A stretch of 64,000 bases of DNA, from contig NC_043000.1 in NCBI RefSeq assembly GCF_006345805.1, positions 75,826,001-75,890,000 of the forward strand, given 5' to 3'. The translations under genes were made by a program, and so were the position numbers. Below, piece by piece: positions 39,750 through 53,017 of this stretch. Every line of letters starts with the position of its first letter. Within the stretch, counting starts at the first letter, position 1. Source of the DNA: Octopus sinensis (Eukaryota). Under the pieces are notes generated by a model. It ran no database searches and was not told the origin of the DNA. It saw nothing but the letters and a program-made list of their open reading frames with translations.

Positions 39750-40990
39750 AAAATTCAGTCAAACAGTTTTGTGTAAATTTGACGAAATCAAAGCTAAATG
39801 GTCCTAATCTAGTGAAGGCTGTAAATACATGGGCAGTGTCGTTATTTAGATACTCAGCAGTTTTTGTAGATTGGACGAAAAACTGAATTAGCAAAGCTAG
39901 ACAGAAGAACTAGGAAGGAATTCAATATGAATGGAGGACTCCACCCAAGGGCAGGAGTAGCAAGGTTATATCTACCTAGAAAGGAAGGTCGAAGAGGGAT
40001 GATATCAGTGGAAAACTGCGTGGAGTTAGCTAGAGTAGATATAGAAAGTTTATCAAAAGCTGCTAGAATCATAGCAAGTCATAAGTAAACCAAAACAACA
40101 AACGAACTTAAAAACCAAAATAACCCCAGAAATTATCTGACTGGCAGGAGAAGGCGTTGCATGGTAGATTCCCAAAGATAGTTTCAGCATATAGTACTCG
40201 TGAGACATGGTTATGGCTGCAGAAGGCTAAAGCTGAAGAGGGAAAAAGAAAGTTTGTTAGTAGCTGTACAAGATTAAGCACTAAGGACTAATTGGATAAA
40301 AGCCAAAATAGAGAAAAACCAAGCAAATTCCCAATGTAGATTATGCAAATCAAAAGAGGAAAGCTTACTCATATAGTAAGTGAATTTAGCATTCTGCATA
40401 GAAAGAATACAAGAAAACACATGACAATCTAGGGAGAGCAATCCACAGGGAGCAATGTAGAAAGCTAGGATCTGAACATACTAATAAATAATATGAACAT
40501 GAACCTAGTAAATTACTAGAAAGTAAGAAATACAAGATGTTGTGGGACTTTAGCATTCAGACTAACAGTGTAATAGAAGCTAGAAGGCCTGATTTGGTAG
40601 TAGTAGCAGATAAAGATAATAGAAAGTTCCAGGTAATTGACTTTACAGTCCCAAATGATAAAAAAATAATATGAGCGGTATAGAAAAATAGCAATGTATC
40701 AGGACCTAGCTATTGAATTACAGAGACTATGGAAAGTGAGAGTAAATTGTATTCCAGTAGTTACAGGTGCATTGGGAACTATCCCTAAAGATCTGAACAG
40801 ATGGATAGAGAAAATAGGCATAAAACCCAGTTTAGTACAGTTACAGAAAACTGTTATTGGGGACAGCTAGGAGGGTTCTTGAAATCCGAGGTTACTTGCT
40901 GTAACCCAATAGAAGGATTCTTGGCATCTAAAGCAACTTGTGGCCCGATGTTAGGATTCTTTTCCAACAGTCTAATTTGTTGAGTGTATA
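39750..40990 (+). mobile_element. Decayed R4/Dong-clade family F 3' fragment
   Basis: LNGPNLVKAVNTWAV, LHPRAGVARLYLPRKEGRRG, LWDFSIQT, ARRPDL, LQKTVILGTARRVLE. Confidence 0.85.
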
Positions 40991-41099
40991 TGAATAACAA
41001 CATCAACAACAACAATAATAATAATAATAATAATAAATGACAGATAGTACAAAAAGGAAAATAATAATATCAGTGATGATAATATTAATGAAATTAAGT

Positions 41100-41578
41100 G
41101 GTTGGAATCTCCCTATGCTCTGATTGATGATACATCAAGTGATGGTGTCACACTAAAGAGACTGGTAATTGCGCAACCTGATAATCGCTAGCTCATATGA
41201 GTGACAATGAAAAAACAAAATATTGTGAATAACGGTGATAATGAAACTGAAGCCCTTGATGATGACAGTGTTACACCCGGAAGGTTCAGAGATACTGGTT
41301 CGGCTCCAGCCTGTCGTTATCCAGCAAGGGACCAGCATACATGGCGTAGATGGAACAAACAAGTCAATGCCGTGGTCATGGCACCTGAGCAATCCCGTAG
41401 GCGACATGGAACAAATAGGGTCTGCAATAAGGGTGGAGCACTTGCAGAAAACAACATTGCTTGGGACCGCTCGAATACTCCGGATGGTGCTGGGAAAATA
41501 AGGGGTGTTACATTAGTTCACTGGAAGTGAACAGCTGGCACCGTAGTGCATCTCCAGCGTTAGAAGTTGTGCAAAGAC
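41100..41578 (+). mobile_element. Internally deleted R4/Dong derivative (5' ORF start plus family C 3' end)
   Basis: WRRWNKQVNAVVM (N-terminal motif) joined to RVEHLQKTTLLGTARILR and the family C 3' UTR. Confidence 0.6.
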
Positions 41579-43299
41579 AATGAATAATAATAATATTTTA
41601 TTGGCTACAAAGGCTGAAAAACATTTTGGACAACAGAAAGAGAAAGGATGGTGGGGATTTGCATAAATACATTTACACAATAAAATCAATAAGAACAAAA
41701 TTATATAAATGAGTTCCCCAAGACAGGAAAACGCCACCTAGGGGTGAGCTAGGGACTCCATTAATCCCGAGTCACCCAGCTCACCAGGAGTACAAGGCAA
41801 GTGCTCCTCTCTTCGGACTTTTTATTCTGCTGGCACAGGCTTAGAGTAGATTCATTCAATCATCTTTTAACAAATTTACTCGAGGTTAGCACTTTCACTT
41901 TCTTTTCGAAGAAGTCGATAAGGGGTTGACTGAAAAGGAAAGTGTCTGTCTTCAGTCCTTTCAGTCGCGTCCACCGCACAACCTCTTTCTCCATAGCCAC
42001 ATGTCAGAAGGAAACTGGCTGCCTTTCCCGGGCAAAGGAAGGTGGTGGGACAACATCCTATACGTTTAGCAACTGTTTAACATAACTCCACAAGTTATAA
42101 ATGCAGGAGCACTGTATGAACGCGTGCAGGACGGTTTCCTCACTCTGCGCGCTTCTCAGGCAGGCACAGTTGACTACACTTCCATCCCTGTAGATTTTAT
42201 CCAGAACTGGCAATATCCCCATCCCCGGTAGCACTGCAAAGTCAGGGATTTCTGGGTATCATCCATGGGCCTCGACTCGAAAGTCCTCCAGAAAACATCA
42301 GTAAGTTGATTTTCATCGACACCCAGAGTTTCCGTGAGGATGTCGTCGCAATAACTCACCACTAATCCTCTACAAAATGCTATGACATTGCTCGGCTGAT
42401 GGACAGCTGTGAGGCCCTGACAATACTCTAGGTGTCAAATGCCCTGCCTCGGTCTACGCTTGATTCAGTACTGTAGTTCTGTCAAAGAAACGAGATGCGG
42501 AAAAGCGCATCAAGCAAACGTCAATGATGCCTGCACATCATTAGCTAATGTATATCCGGGCCTCGACGCGACGGATGTTGATAGCCAATTGAACGTCTGA
42601 CCAACAGAACCCATCCCTTCTACAGAGAGCGTAAGAGCAAGTCCTCCATTCTGGTCAGTTATGAAGCAAGTCAAGGCATGATGGTCAGGCGATAGTAGAA
42701 CATGTATGCAATATAGGCATTTGCTACCACCACCCAGCCCTTCGGAAAAAGTCTCCTCTCAGCCTATTCCTAAGTGAGATTATCTTGTTAGTTACCTCAT
42801 CCTAGTTCTTATTTACCTAGAAGTTTGGACCTGACCAAACCAAACCCTGAGCAATTTAACCGGTCCGTACATCCCGTGCCCAACGACGACTTTAGACGGA
42901 ATGGACCTGCCTTTCAAGGTTCACTGACTTTTCTAGGCTAATTATCGATCCTGTTACAGCCTCGTACACACTTACAGCGGTGCCGATCACCTCGTTGTGC
43001 TTGGACACAGCTTTTCCATATCTTAGTTTTCACGAGATGTTCTTCAATATCCATAGTTTCTGGAGTAGTGACTTTTAGAGTCAACAAATATAAAAGAGAC
43101 GAAAGTGACCAACCTTGCCAGACTGAGCGCATGATGCTGAATGGTTCCGATAGGTAGCCTAGGTAAACTCTGACTACTCAGATGTCGCTCTGCATTGTGA
43201 CGACCCAGCCTCTGAAAATTGATCCCAAACGGGCCACTTTGAGGACAGCTGCCAAGTACCAATGGTCAATCCTATTGAAACCTTTAGGTTCTTTACCCA

Positions 43300-43465
43300 C
43301 ACTCATCAGGAGTGGATGTCGTAGGTTGCTCTGCTTTGGGTATATTTGCGAAGCGTTGTATTACTTTTGAATACTGTCCTGATGTCATATGGGCCGCTCA
43401 GTAACAATCTATTAAGCAATAACTACCCTAAAAGCATAGTCTCCACTCCATTTATGAAGAAAAGA
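43300..43465 (-). mobile_element. Penelope-like ORF fragment
   Basis: GPYDIRTVFKSNTTLRKY resembles the RT-GIY-YIG linker motif of Penelope-like elements. Confidence 0.5.
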
Positions 43466-43472
43466 GCATATT

Positions 43473-43534
43473 GCGTAGTGGTTAAGAGCGCGGGCTACTA
43501 ACCCCAAGATTTCGAGTTCGATTTCAGGCAGTGA

Positions 43535-43538
<4 letters not shown>
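43473..43538 (+). mobile_element. tRNA-derived SINE head
   Basis: A box GCGTAGTGGTTAAG, B box GAGTTCGATTTC; directly followed by (AAT)n. Confidence 0.75.
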
Positions 43539-43600
<62 letters not shown>

Positions 43601-43602
<2 letters not shown>

Positions 43603-44156
43603 GCCCTGATGCAGTACCAGGCAGTGGCTCTCATGGCTTCTGATCTTAACTGATTGGAAGTGTTATCATGTACATTGTTTTGTCTTGGTATAAAAGATGG
43701 GCTACAGCAAATATTCTGCTCAATACCACAGATTTGCTTGTCAGTTGTTTGACCTTAACCAGTTGAGCATGTCCCTTAGTGGCTGACAATATGTGCATCT
43801 CTGATCACGAGCAGAAGTAGTGGGGGAGCATCATAGCCATGTGTTGAGAGGGATTCTTTGGGGTTTGAATAGTTCACCTCTGGAAACATGGGTGGTTCTT
43901 TCAACATCCTTAAACAACCCTTATTCAGGGACCGTTTGAGCGGGATGGGCTACTCAACTTGAAGAAAATTCTAACTGGGCTCCACCTGCAAGGTCATGTG
44001 CTGTTTATCTTGATATGAGATCACCATGTCGCGCACATATGGTTGTGATGCATGTGCCTGGTGTACCTTTATCAGACGGGTAGTCATGATGGGTATATTG
44101 GGCTTCGTATATTTTACCCCAGTGTCACTTTGATGGCATGCACTGCTCTCTCACTC
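43601..44156 (+). repeat. 556-bp element, copy 4
   Basis: Full length, (AAT)n on both sides. Confidence 0.95.
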
Positions 44157-44184
44157 AATAATAATAATAATAATAATAATAATA

Positions 44185-44682
44185 AGTGTTATCATGTACA
44201 TTGTTTTGTCTTGGTATAAAAGATGGGCTACAGCAAATATTCTGCTCAATACCACAGATTTGCTTGTCAGTTGTTTGACCTTAACCAGTTGAGCATGTCC
44301 CTTAGTGGCTGACGATATGTGCATCTCTGATCAAGAGCAGAAGTAGTGGGGGAACATCATAGCCATGTGTTGAGAGAGATTCTTTGGGGTTTGAATAGTT
44401 CACCTCTGGAAACATGGGTGGTTCTTTCAACATCCTTAAACAACCCTTATTCAGGGACCGTTTGAGCGGGATGGGCTACTCAACCTGAAGAAAATTCTAA
44501 CTGGGCCCCACCTGCAAGGTCATGTGCTGTTTATCTTGATATGAGATCACCATGTCGCGCACATATGGTTGTGATGCATGTGCCTGGTGTACCTTTATCA
44601 GACGGGTAGTCATGATGGGTATATTGGGCTTCGTATATTTTACCCCAGTGTCACTTTGATGGCATGAACTGCTCTCTCACTC
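44185..44682 (+). repeat. 556-bp element, copy 5 (5'-truncated)
   Basis: Lacks the first ~57 bp; same 3' end CTCTCACTC(AAT)n. Confidence 0.95.
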
Positions 44683-44840
44683 AATAATAATAATAATATA
44701 ATAATAATAATAATAATAATATAATAATAATAATAATAATAATAATTATAATAATAATGATGATGATGATGATGATAATAATAATAACAACATCGAAAAA
44801 TACCTTAGGAATGAGAACCCAGTTTCGAAATTTCCCCAAG

Positions 44841-44884
44841 ACACATGATGAAGGCTGGAGGGTATATCAGCCGAAACGTTGTGT
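44841..44884 (+). ncRNA. Minimal type-I hammerhead motif (C3>A in this copy)
   Basis: ACAC-ATGATGA-A-GGCTG..CAGCC-GAAAC-GT-T-GTGT; stem I ACAC/GTGT, stem II 5 bp, palindromic ACGT helix III. Confidence 0.65.
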
Positions 44885-45889
44885 TAACAACAAACAAGAT
44901 GAGGACAAATATCCGTCAATTGTAAATAATGTAAGTAATGTACATAATTCCTCATCTCATAAATATAGAACCGAAAAAGCGAGATGTTACTAAGAAAAGT
45001 TCCAGACACACGAAGAAATCTGACAACTTTACTCCAGTGGGTGCATAGATAGCTACTAGTCTGAAAGTATGACCTTGACTGATGATCACGTCCAGGACTA
45101 GTGACTTACCTTCTGGCTCCAGGATGGTCCGTATCTTATGATCTAGCTCTTTCCAAAATAACACAACTGCACCACTGTCCGTTCCCGATAGATCCGATGA
45201 TACATAGAAGTCGTAACTGCCAAGGATGGTCGCGAAAATTCGTACCTCGGAAATTCTAGGCCCCATGATAGCGACAATATCTATATCTAGTGACCTAAAG
45301 TCATTGGAAAGGTGGCCCTTCTTACCAGATGGCGCTGGCCACGTTCATTCACACTGCTTATTCTGGATATGACCATGTTCGACAAGAGGGAGAAAAGTGG
45401 CGTAGACCACTTATCTTATTACTGTGGAAAGACAGGTGTTATATCCTTCCGGCTATTTGAAAGTGTTTCTACAAGCTATTCTTTGTAAAGTCATTTATTC
45501 ATATTTCCTTGGAAATATTTAATTCCCTTGGGATGTTTTGATTTCAGTCTGTCATATGTTTCTTTACTTGTTTTTATGATTTTGATTTGGAATGTAATGT
45601 GGTAAAGTGATGTCGTCATTGTGTGTAATGTTTGTGTTGATGAACATATTTCATTAAGTACTTGTTGTTTGTGTCTATGGCTATGTACTTGATTATCCGT
45701 TTTGTTTGTGCGCTTTCAGGCTTATGTTCTTGTTGGTGTGGATTGTGTTGTATTTTCATTTGTGGTAGTGTTTCTAATGCAGGAGGTGTTTGTGGTTGCA
45801 TTGGTTTGTGATGTGTGTTTGTTTGTCAGTTTCTCTGGATCCTCACCTAAGCTATTCCTTTTTTGTCTGATGTAACATTTAAATTTCTC

Positions 45890-45933
<44 letters not shown>

Positions 45934-47072
45934 ATCTATTCTTGTGATTCATTCAAAATGTTTTCTTTACAAGGCGAGTTTTTGCAATCAGAGAAATATG
46001 TGTCAGAGGAAAAGATATATCTGCGCGATTGGGTATAGTCAGTATTTATGTTTGTAGTCTGGCTGGCTGGTTGGTGTAGATAGGATTTCTTTGAGCTGTT
46101 GTGGTGTTTGTAATATTTTTCTGGCCTGTGGTGTTGATGTCTGATGCTGTAATTGTTGAATGTGTTTCTGTTGTTATTCTTTTTGATGCGGTTGCAGCTA
46201 ATTTTGGTGTTTCTGTTCTTGGTACTTCTACCGATAGTGTTGTTGCTTTTGTTGTTGATATTGATATTGTGGCGAAGTTGTCAGCAGAAGAGGAAATGGC
46301 CCTACTTCTTTATTTTGTAGTAAACAAACTGCTCTTAGATGGTTCGAGTCCCCATATATGTAGCATCTCGGCTTTATGCCTTTAATTGCTATGAAAGGCT
46401 GTGAGCCATTTGGGAGGTTGATCAAGTCAGGGATAGCCGCTATGCTTTCTTGGTTTGTGTGGATTAATAATTTTATCTCTGTGCCCAACTAATCTTCCTT
46501 TTCCAGTTTTTGAGCTCATTAAATATTTCTTTTATTTTCCACACCGTAAAATACGACCGCCACCGGCAAGGAGATATCTATTTCTGGTAGTATCTTACTC
46601 ATCTCTATTTATGCTGGTCTCCGATGGAGTTATGTTGGAATCAAGAACAGTTCATCGCTCTTCAAGGTTGTGGTTGAATTTTCCTTTGCTTCTACCTCTC
46701 TTTGAAACCTTACCCCAGCTGTGCTAAAATATCATTCTCGACTGACATAGGTATTTCTGTTCCAGCTACTAGTTAGTTTAATAACTAAATGGTACCACAA
46801 AACATGAAATAGTTATATTGAAAACAATATAATTCGATAACAACTTACAATATCTTTTCTTTGCAATTACAATAATGATGATGTTGATGATAATTGGACA
46901 TATATGACCGTATGCTATGACACTTAGTATTTAACTTTTCTAGTATGTAGACACTTTTGCACCTATCTAGAGAGTAGTTATTTTCTTAGCCGTAATAAGA
47001 AGCATTTTTGCTTGGGAAACAGTGAAGGCTTGCAAAATTATAAATATGTAGGTAGATAGTCATACATACAGG

Positions 47073-47104
<32 letters not shown>

Positions 47105-47138
47105 TACGCACACATTTACATACACACACATTACATAC

Positions 47139-47176
<38 letters not shown>

Positions 47177-47182
47177 TATATT

Positions 47183-47216
<34 letters not shown>

Positions 47217-47251
47217 TATACATACATAGATACATGCGTAATCAAGATCCG

Positions 47252-47281
47252 AGAGTTTCGTGCGTTAACGCACGAAACTCT
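47252..47281. repeat. Perfect 30-bp palindrome
   Basis: AGAGTTTCGTGCGTT|AACGCACGAAACTCT. Confidence 0.95.
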
Positions 47282-48028
47282 TAGTCCTTCAGTCGCTCTG
47301 TTGTTTCTGTTATATATATATATAATTGTTGCTATTATGCAAAAGTGTCGTAAGTCCAAAACATTGCTTTTTCAGAAAACGTAAAAGTAGTTTCACCATC
47401 AAAAAGCAAAACCATTGTACTACACTTTGACAATTTTTGGTATTTTAACATCTGAAGCAACTGGAGATACGATAGCTTGACCAAAAGAACAGAGAGAGAA
47501 AAAGAAGTTGTGGATTTAGCGGTCAAGCATGGTGACTGGTTGGGAAAAAAAGCTTTGATAGGAGAGGTAGAAAGAAGAGAACATAATAAAGTATTGGCGT
47601 TCCCCAAACGAAGGTGCGCGTGCGTATATGTATATGAGAATGTGTGTGTGTGTGTGTGTGTGTGGATAGGGACTAGTGACTTTGACATGTGCGAATGTGT
47701 GCGTGTGTGTGCGCGTCTGAAATGTGTAGGTGTGTGGGTGCGCGGATGATGGTGTGTACGTGAGCGGATGATGGTGTGTGGTGTGGGTGCTGTGAAGTAG
47801 TCAGTGCTAGTGTGTGGAGTGGTGTGGGAGTGTGGTATGATGTAGTGTGGCGTGGGTGTGTGGGAGTGTAGGGATGTGGGGGAAGGGGAAATAGTTAGTG
47901 CTAGTGTGTGTGGGGGTAGTGTGTATGGGAGTGGAATGTGTGGAGGTGGGGTGTATGGGTATGAGGCGTAGGTGGAGGGGTATAAATGAAGAGAGAAGGT
48001 GGGTAGGAGTGAAGAGAGGAAGTCAGTG

Positions 48029-51000
48029 TCAGATGAAGAGAGGGGAGTTGAGCCCATATGGTACAAAGGAGCGAAGAGAGAAGATTAATTCCTGTTCACG
48101 ACGAAGGCGGGTATCCGGATGGCCCCTGTGCAAAGGCAATCCGAACACAGACAGGTGTTGTAGTGAATGACCAGTAGAGCGAAAATGGCGCGAGATCGGG
48201 GTGTCATTGCCAAGTCTGATGTCTCGGAGGTGCTCCGCGACCCGGTCAGCCAAGCGGCGTCCCGTTTCACAGATGTACAGAGGACAGAAAGAGTATGAGA
48301 TGCAGTAAATGACGTTTTTAGAAGTGCAAGTAAAGGAGTCGGTGATATGATAGGGACGATGATGGGTGGCTGTGAGGATGGTCGTGTTAGAGAGGTAGCG
48401 TGAGCTGCAGCAGGGGAGCGAGCCAGGTTGGGAGGTGGGGTTAGGGGAGAAACTGTGGACCAGAAAGGCCTCAAAGGTTGTGGGCTTGTTTGGAGGAGGG
48501 ACGGAGTGGGGTTGGGGTGGATGTGCAAAGTAGAGGGGTCGGACTGGGGTCATCGGAAGGCTCGGAGCATGGTGTGTTGGAGGGGCAGGGTGGAGGGGTT
48601 GTAGGTGAAGGGAAACGGGAGACGAGCAACGGCGGGGTGGGTGCGGGTGCGGGGAGAGAGAGCAGAGGCACGGTCCACGAAAGTGCTCTGGCAAGGGCTG
48701 TGTGGATAGTGGTGAAGGGATATCCACGAAGGATGAAGTGGCGAGCCATGAGTTGAGACTGAATCTTAAAGTCATGGTTGTCACTGCAGAGCCTGTGCAG
48801 ACGGAGGAATTGAGAGTAGGGGATGGAGAGCTTGGTGTGGGTAGGGTGGGAGGAGGAGAAGTTGAGGTATGAATATGAGTCAGTGTGTTTGTAGGGGATG
48901 GAGGTAGGGAGAGCGGAGTGGTGTATGTTGACCGAAATGTCGAGGAATGCGACAAGAGGGAAGGAGAAAGAGTTGAAGAGACGGAGAGCATGGTTAGTGT
49001 CATGGATGTGGGAGGGGAAGGAGGTAAAAATCCCCTGCGAACGAGAAGCAATTGAAAGAGAGGACAAGTTCGGCCAGACGGAGAAGTGTGGAGGTGTCAG
49101 ATTGGGGTTTGGATCGAAGGTCTAGGAAGTGTTTCAATGCAAGAAACCCTTCGTTATGTAGGATCAACTTATATAGACTCTTGATATCAAGAGTGAAGAG
49201 AAGGAGCCAGGAGGGAAGGAGAAAGAGTTGAAGAGATGGAGAGCATAGTTAGTGACATGGATGTGGGAGGGGAGGGAAGCCACTAGAGGAAAGGACACGT
49301 TTGAATTATTTTGAGTGGTAGAGATGTAGGGAGAGCGGAGTGGTGTATGTTGACCGAAATGTCGAGGAATGCGACAGAAATGTTGGAAATAGTACAGGAG
49401 AATTCAAGGGCAGGATGGAAAGATTGGACAAAAGAAAGGAAAAAGTCTAGTTGTTCGTAGGAGAGTGAGGTCGCGCCGATACAGTCATTAATATAACAAC
49501 CGTATAGTTTGGGAGTGGGACCAGTGAATCGTGAGAATATTTGGGCCTCAACGTAGTCAACGAACAGGTTCGCATAGTTGAGGCCCATTCTCGTTACCAT
49601 GGCCACTCCCGAGACTGTTGGTAAAAATTCCCTGCGAACGAGAAGCAGTTGAAAGAGAGGACAAGTTCGGCCAGACGGAGAAGTGTGGAGGTGTCAGATT
49701 GGGGTTTGGATCGAAGGTCAAGGAAGTGTTTCAGTGCAAGAAACCCTTCGTTGTGTAGGATCACCTTATATAGACTCTTGATATCAAGAGTGAAGAGAAG
49801 GAGCCAGGAGGGAAGGAGGAAGAATTGAAGAGACGGAGAGCAGCATGGTTAATGTCATGGATGTAGGAGGGGAGGGAAGCCACTAGGGGAAAGGACACGG
49901 TTGAGTTATTTTGAAATCAATTCCGTGGGGCAGTTACAGGCGGAGACGATAGGGCGGCCAGGGTTGTTGGGCTTGTGGATTTGGGGAAGGAAGTAAATGG
50001 TAGGGGTGCGTTGAGTGCGGACAATGAGATGGAGGCGGTGGGAAAGAGACGGGAGGAGGAGATGAGGTCATGAATAGTGGAGGACACAGTCTGTTAGTCT
50101 GGAGGGCCGAGGGCAATAGAAGAAGGTGTCTTAAAGTTGGCGGAGAGCTACAGCCTTGTAGAGGTCTGAGCTCCACACCACCACAGCTCCACCCTCGTCA
50201 GTCGGTTTTATGATGATGTCTTTGCAGCGTCAGCGACATCGAAGGGCCGAGAGTTCGGTTGGGAAGATGGTAAAATGTTGGGGACGCCTGCGAAAGTTAA
50301 ACCGGTCCACAACACGTTGGCAGATGCTTGCAAAATGATCGACTGCTTGGAACTTTCCAGGAGCTGGCGTCCAGTGAGATGGTCGGCGACCCAGGTCAGT
50401 GAAACACTCCTCTTCATTAGATGCAGGTGGTGTGTTGTGGAATAGTGCATATAGCCTAACGCAGCGTACAAAGATATGAATATCAGCATAGGTCTGAAAT
50501 ACGTTACTGGATGGAGTGAGGTGGGGTGACGCGCAGACCCTTACTGAGAAGAGAGCGCTCCGTCTCAGAGAGGGAAAGTTCAGGTGGAATGGTAACAATA
50601 GACCGAAGTGGGGAGGGTGTGGATGAGTTTGGCGTGGGAGGGGTGGTGGGGTAGTGGAAGGCTGAAAGGAGAGAGAGGAGGAGTAAGTGCGTGGGGGATT
50701 GGAGTAACGGAAGGGTTGGGGGTGAGGACGAGGGGTGAGTGTATCGGGGAGGGAGGAGGAAAGGGGAAGTGGTGGGTGTAATTGGATCGGGTGGGACAGA
50801 ATGAAGCAGTAAGTCGAGTTTGTGTTGTTTAATGCGAGCGAGGAACTCGTGGTAAAGATGATATAAATGAATTATGAAGCGTAGAGTGGAACGTGCAAAG
50901 GAAGGCGAAAGAGAGGAGAAAAAGATGGAATAAGCGAGAGGGAGAAGGCGGTCGAGGGTATGTATTTTGGAGAGATAAAAACGAATGGTGGAACGCATAA

Positions 51001-51250
51001 GGCGGTTGGAAGTAATACGGAGTATGGGTGGGATGGCAGAAGTAGAGTGGAAAGTGGGATGGAAATGGAGGCGGAAACCTTTGGGGATGAGGTGGTGGTG
51101 AGGGCAGCGACTGAGAAAGGAAACGTAGCTAGAGAACTGAATTATTTTGAAAATCAGTAGGGGAAGATTAATAGAAGGTTGAAAGCAGCGGAAAGGAAGA
51201 GTGGAAGGTGTTTCTTTAGGCGGTGGTGAAGGTAGAGGAGAAAGGATTTG
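48029..51250 (-). mobile_element. Penelope-like element, near full-length but decayed and rearranged
   Basis: HLIPKGF (N-terminus), KP.D.GGAVVVW, LDIKSLY, AM.TRMG.NYANLF, FLDISV, and GIY-YIG NVIYCI..YI.ETGRRLADR..EH...LN. Confidence 0.9.
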
Positions 51251-51414
51251 TAATCGGGAAAAAGGAGAAAAAGAAGAAAAGGAGAGAGAAAGGCAAAGTA
51301 ATAACGTACAGAGTAAAAAAGTTTAAAAAATTCAAAGGTCATGAAAAGAAGAAAAAGAAAGGAAAAAAAGAAAAGAAGAAAAAGAGTGAGAAAGACAAAG
51401 TAACAACGTACACC

Positions 51415-52648
51415 CAGAGTGCGATGAGTAAATTGTCACTGTTATATATTTTTGATTTCACGCATGCGCATTGTTTGTTTTTGATTTTGTCAACTACACA
51501 GTATAGTAGGGTCAGCTGGACGCAATCCACTCTGCCAGAAATTTGGAAACGACATGTTGCACTACTTGACATTCGCGCCGGAAGCTCCAATACGAACATT
51601 TCATAGTATTTGGGTGTCAATCTAAGGACATTCGAAGAGACTTGGATGAGTGTAGTGGTGATTACGAAAGTACCGCAGCTCGGAAACTCACTCTGATCGT
51701 TCTGATAAGAAAAGAACTCCTGTATTTATTGGTGAGATCCAGGTCATGATTGACACGATCCCTCCGAGTCAATCAGGTCCATCGCCAGGGACATGGGAGT
51801 GCCTGAGTTTCTTATCAGGCAACGTGTGCATGAAGACATTCGGTATTCCTCATACAAGGTGAGAAAGAGCCAATTTTTATCCCAAGCCATCAAGGACAAG
51901 AGGAAAAACCGCTCTACGAAGTATTTGAACAAACTCAAGCATCCTTTCCAACCGAAAATGCTTTGGTTTTTCTCAGACGAGAAAAATTTCAGCCAAGATC
52001 AGGTGGTGAACATACAGAAGAACCGTTGGCTTGCCGTATCCCCAAAACATGTACCGAGAGTGATAGATATCAAACATCCAGTCAACATCATGGTGTTTGG
52101 AGTGATCACTAGTGTTGGCGACGTTATGCCTCTATTCATCTTCCCACATGGCTTCAGTCTCAACATGAAAGCCTACATCAAGTGCTTGGAGGAGGTTGTG
52201 CTGCTGGAAGACCCTATGTCTGGCAACAGGACTCTCGCCATGCTACACAAGCAGGAGAACCCAGTCATGTCCGTCAGACAATTTCTGCGACCACATCATC
52301 CCTAACATCTAGCCATCTAACTCCCCAGACTGCAACTCTCTTGATTATTATGCGTGGGTGCAGTTGAGCGAGAGACCAAGAAAACTCCTTCTAACACCAA
52401 AGATGAACTGAAGGCAAGGATTATGGCAGCATTCACCAACATTAACAAGGAGATCGTCCAGATTTGCAGGAGATTCCGAAGTCGTCTGGAGGCCGTGCTT
52501 GAAGCTAATGGAAATTTTATTGAATAAATTTACTCTTTAGTATTTCAAGATATTTTTATATAATTTTGGTAAATATATGTTAAAATGAGATGTCAGTGTT
52601 ATTTTCATTTTTGTGTAATTTAGACGACAATTTATTCACCGCACCCTG
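51415..52648 (+). mobile_element. DD37D (maT-type) Tc1/mariner transposon relic
   Basis: TIRs CAGAGTGCGATGAGTAAATTGTC / GACAATTTATTCACCGCACCCTG-TA; FFSDEKNF; QQDS...SPDCNSLDY with 37 residues between the Ds after correcting one frameshift. Confidence 0.88.
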
Positions 52649-52850
52649 TATATGTATGTACATATGTATGTATGTATATATACATACAGGCGCAGGAGTG
52701 GCTGTGTGGTAAGTAGCTTGCTTACCAACCACATGGTTCCGTGTTCGTTCCCACTGCGTGGCACCTTGGGCAAGTGTCTTCTACTATAGCCTCGGGCCGA
52801 CCAAAGCCTTGTGAGTGGATTTGGTAGACGAAAACTGAAAGAAGCCCATC

Positions 52851-52896
<46 letters not shown>

Positions 52897-52928
52897 CCAA
52901 GAAAAAAGCAACAAGAATGGATTAGTAG

Positions 52929-53017
52929 TTTAGTACAATTGTTTCATACTAAGAACAATTTTATTTGAAGCTGCAAATAATGCAGCAAATACAAATGTCC
53001 AGTATTCATCAGCTAAA
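52929..53017 (-). ncRNA. Type-I hammerhead ribozyme, intact core
   Basis: TTTAG-CTGATGA-ATACT...AGTAT-GAAAC-AATT-GT-A-CTAAA; GUA triplet; A-U instead of G-C closes stem II. Confidence 0.72.

Larger units (their letters stand above)
41595..46770 (-). mobile_element. Decayed Tx1-clade LINE with nested insertions
   Basis: ORF1 remnants (TTLKSDEL, KPRCY), APE (LVAIYAPTG), RT (FNRIDHWYL, LSSLLY), C-terminus (MDDTQKSL); AATAAA at the 3' end next to (TTA)n. Confidence 0.8.

Noticed and set aside
43539-44790. CRISPR-like or other spacer array
   Set aside because: The repeats are simple AAT tracts separating copies of one element; no unique spacers, and the context is eukaryotic.
48029-48400. Selenocysteine (UGA) recoding in the GIY-YIG domain, as in some Penelope-like clades
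   Set aside because: No in-frame TGA in the nuclease domain.
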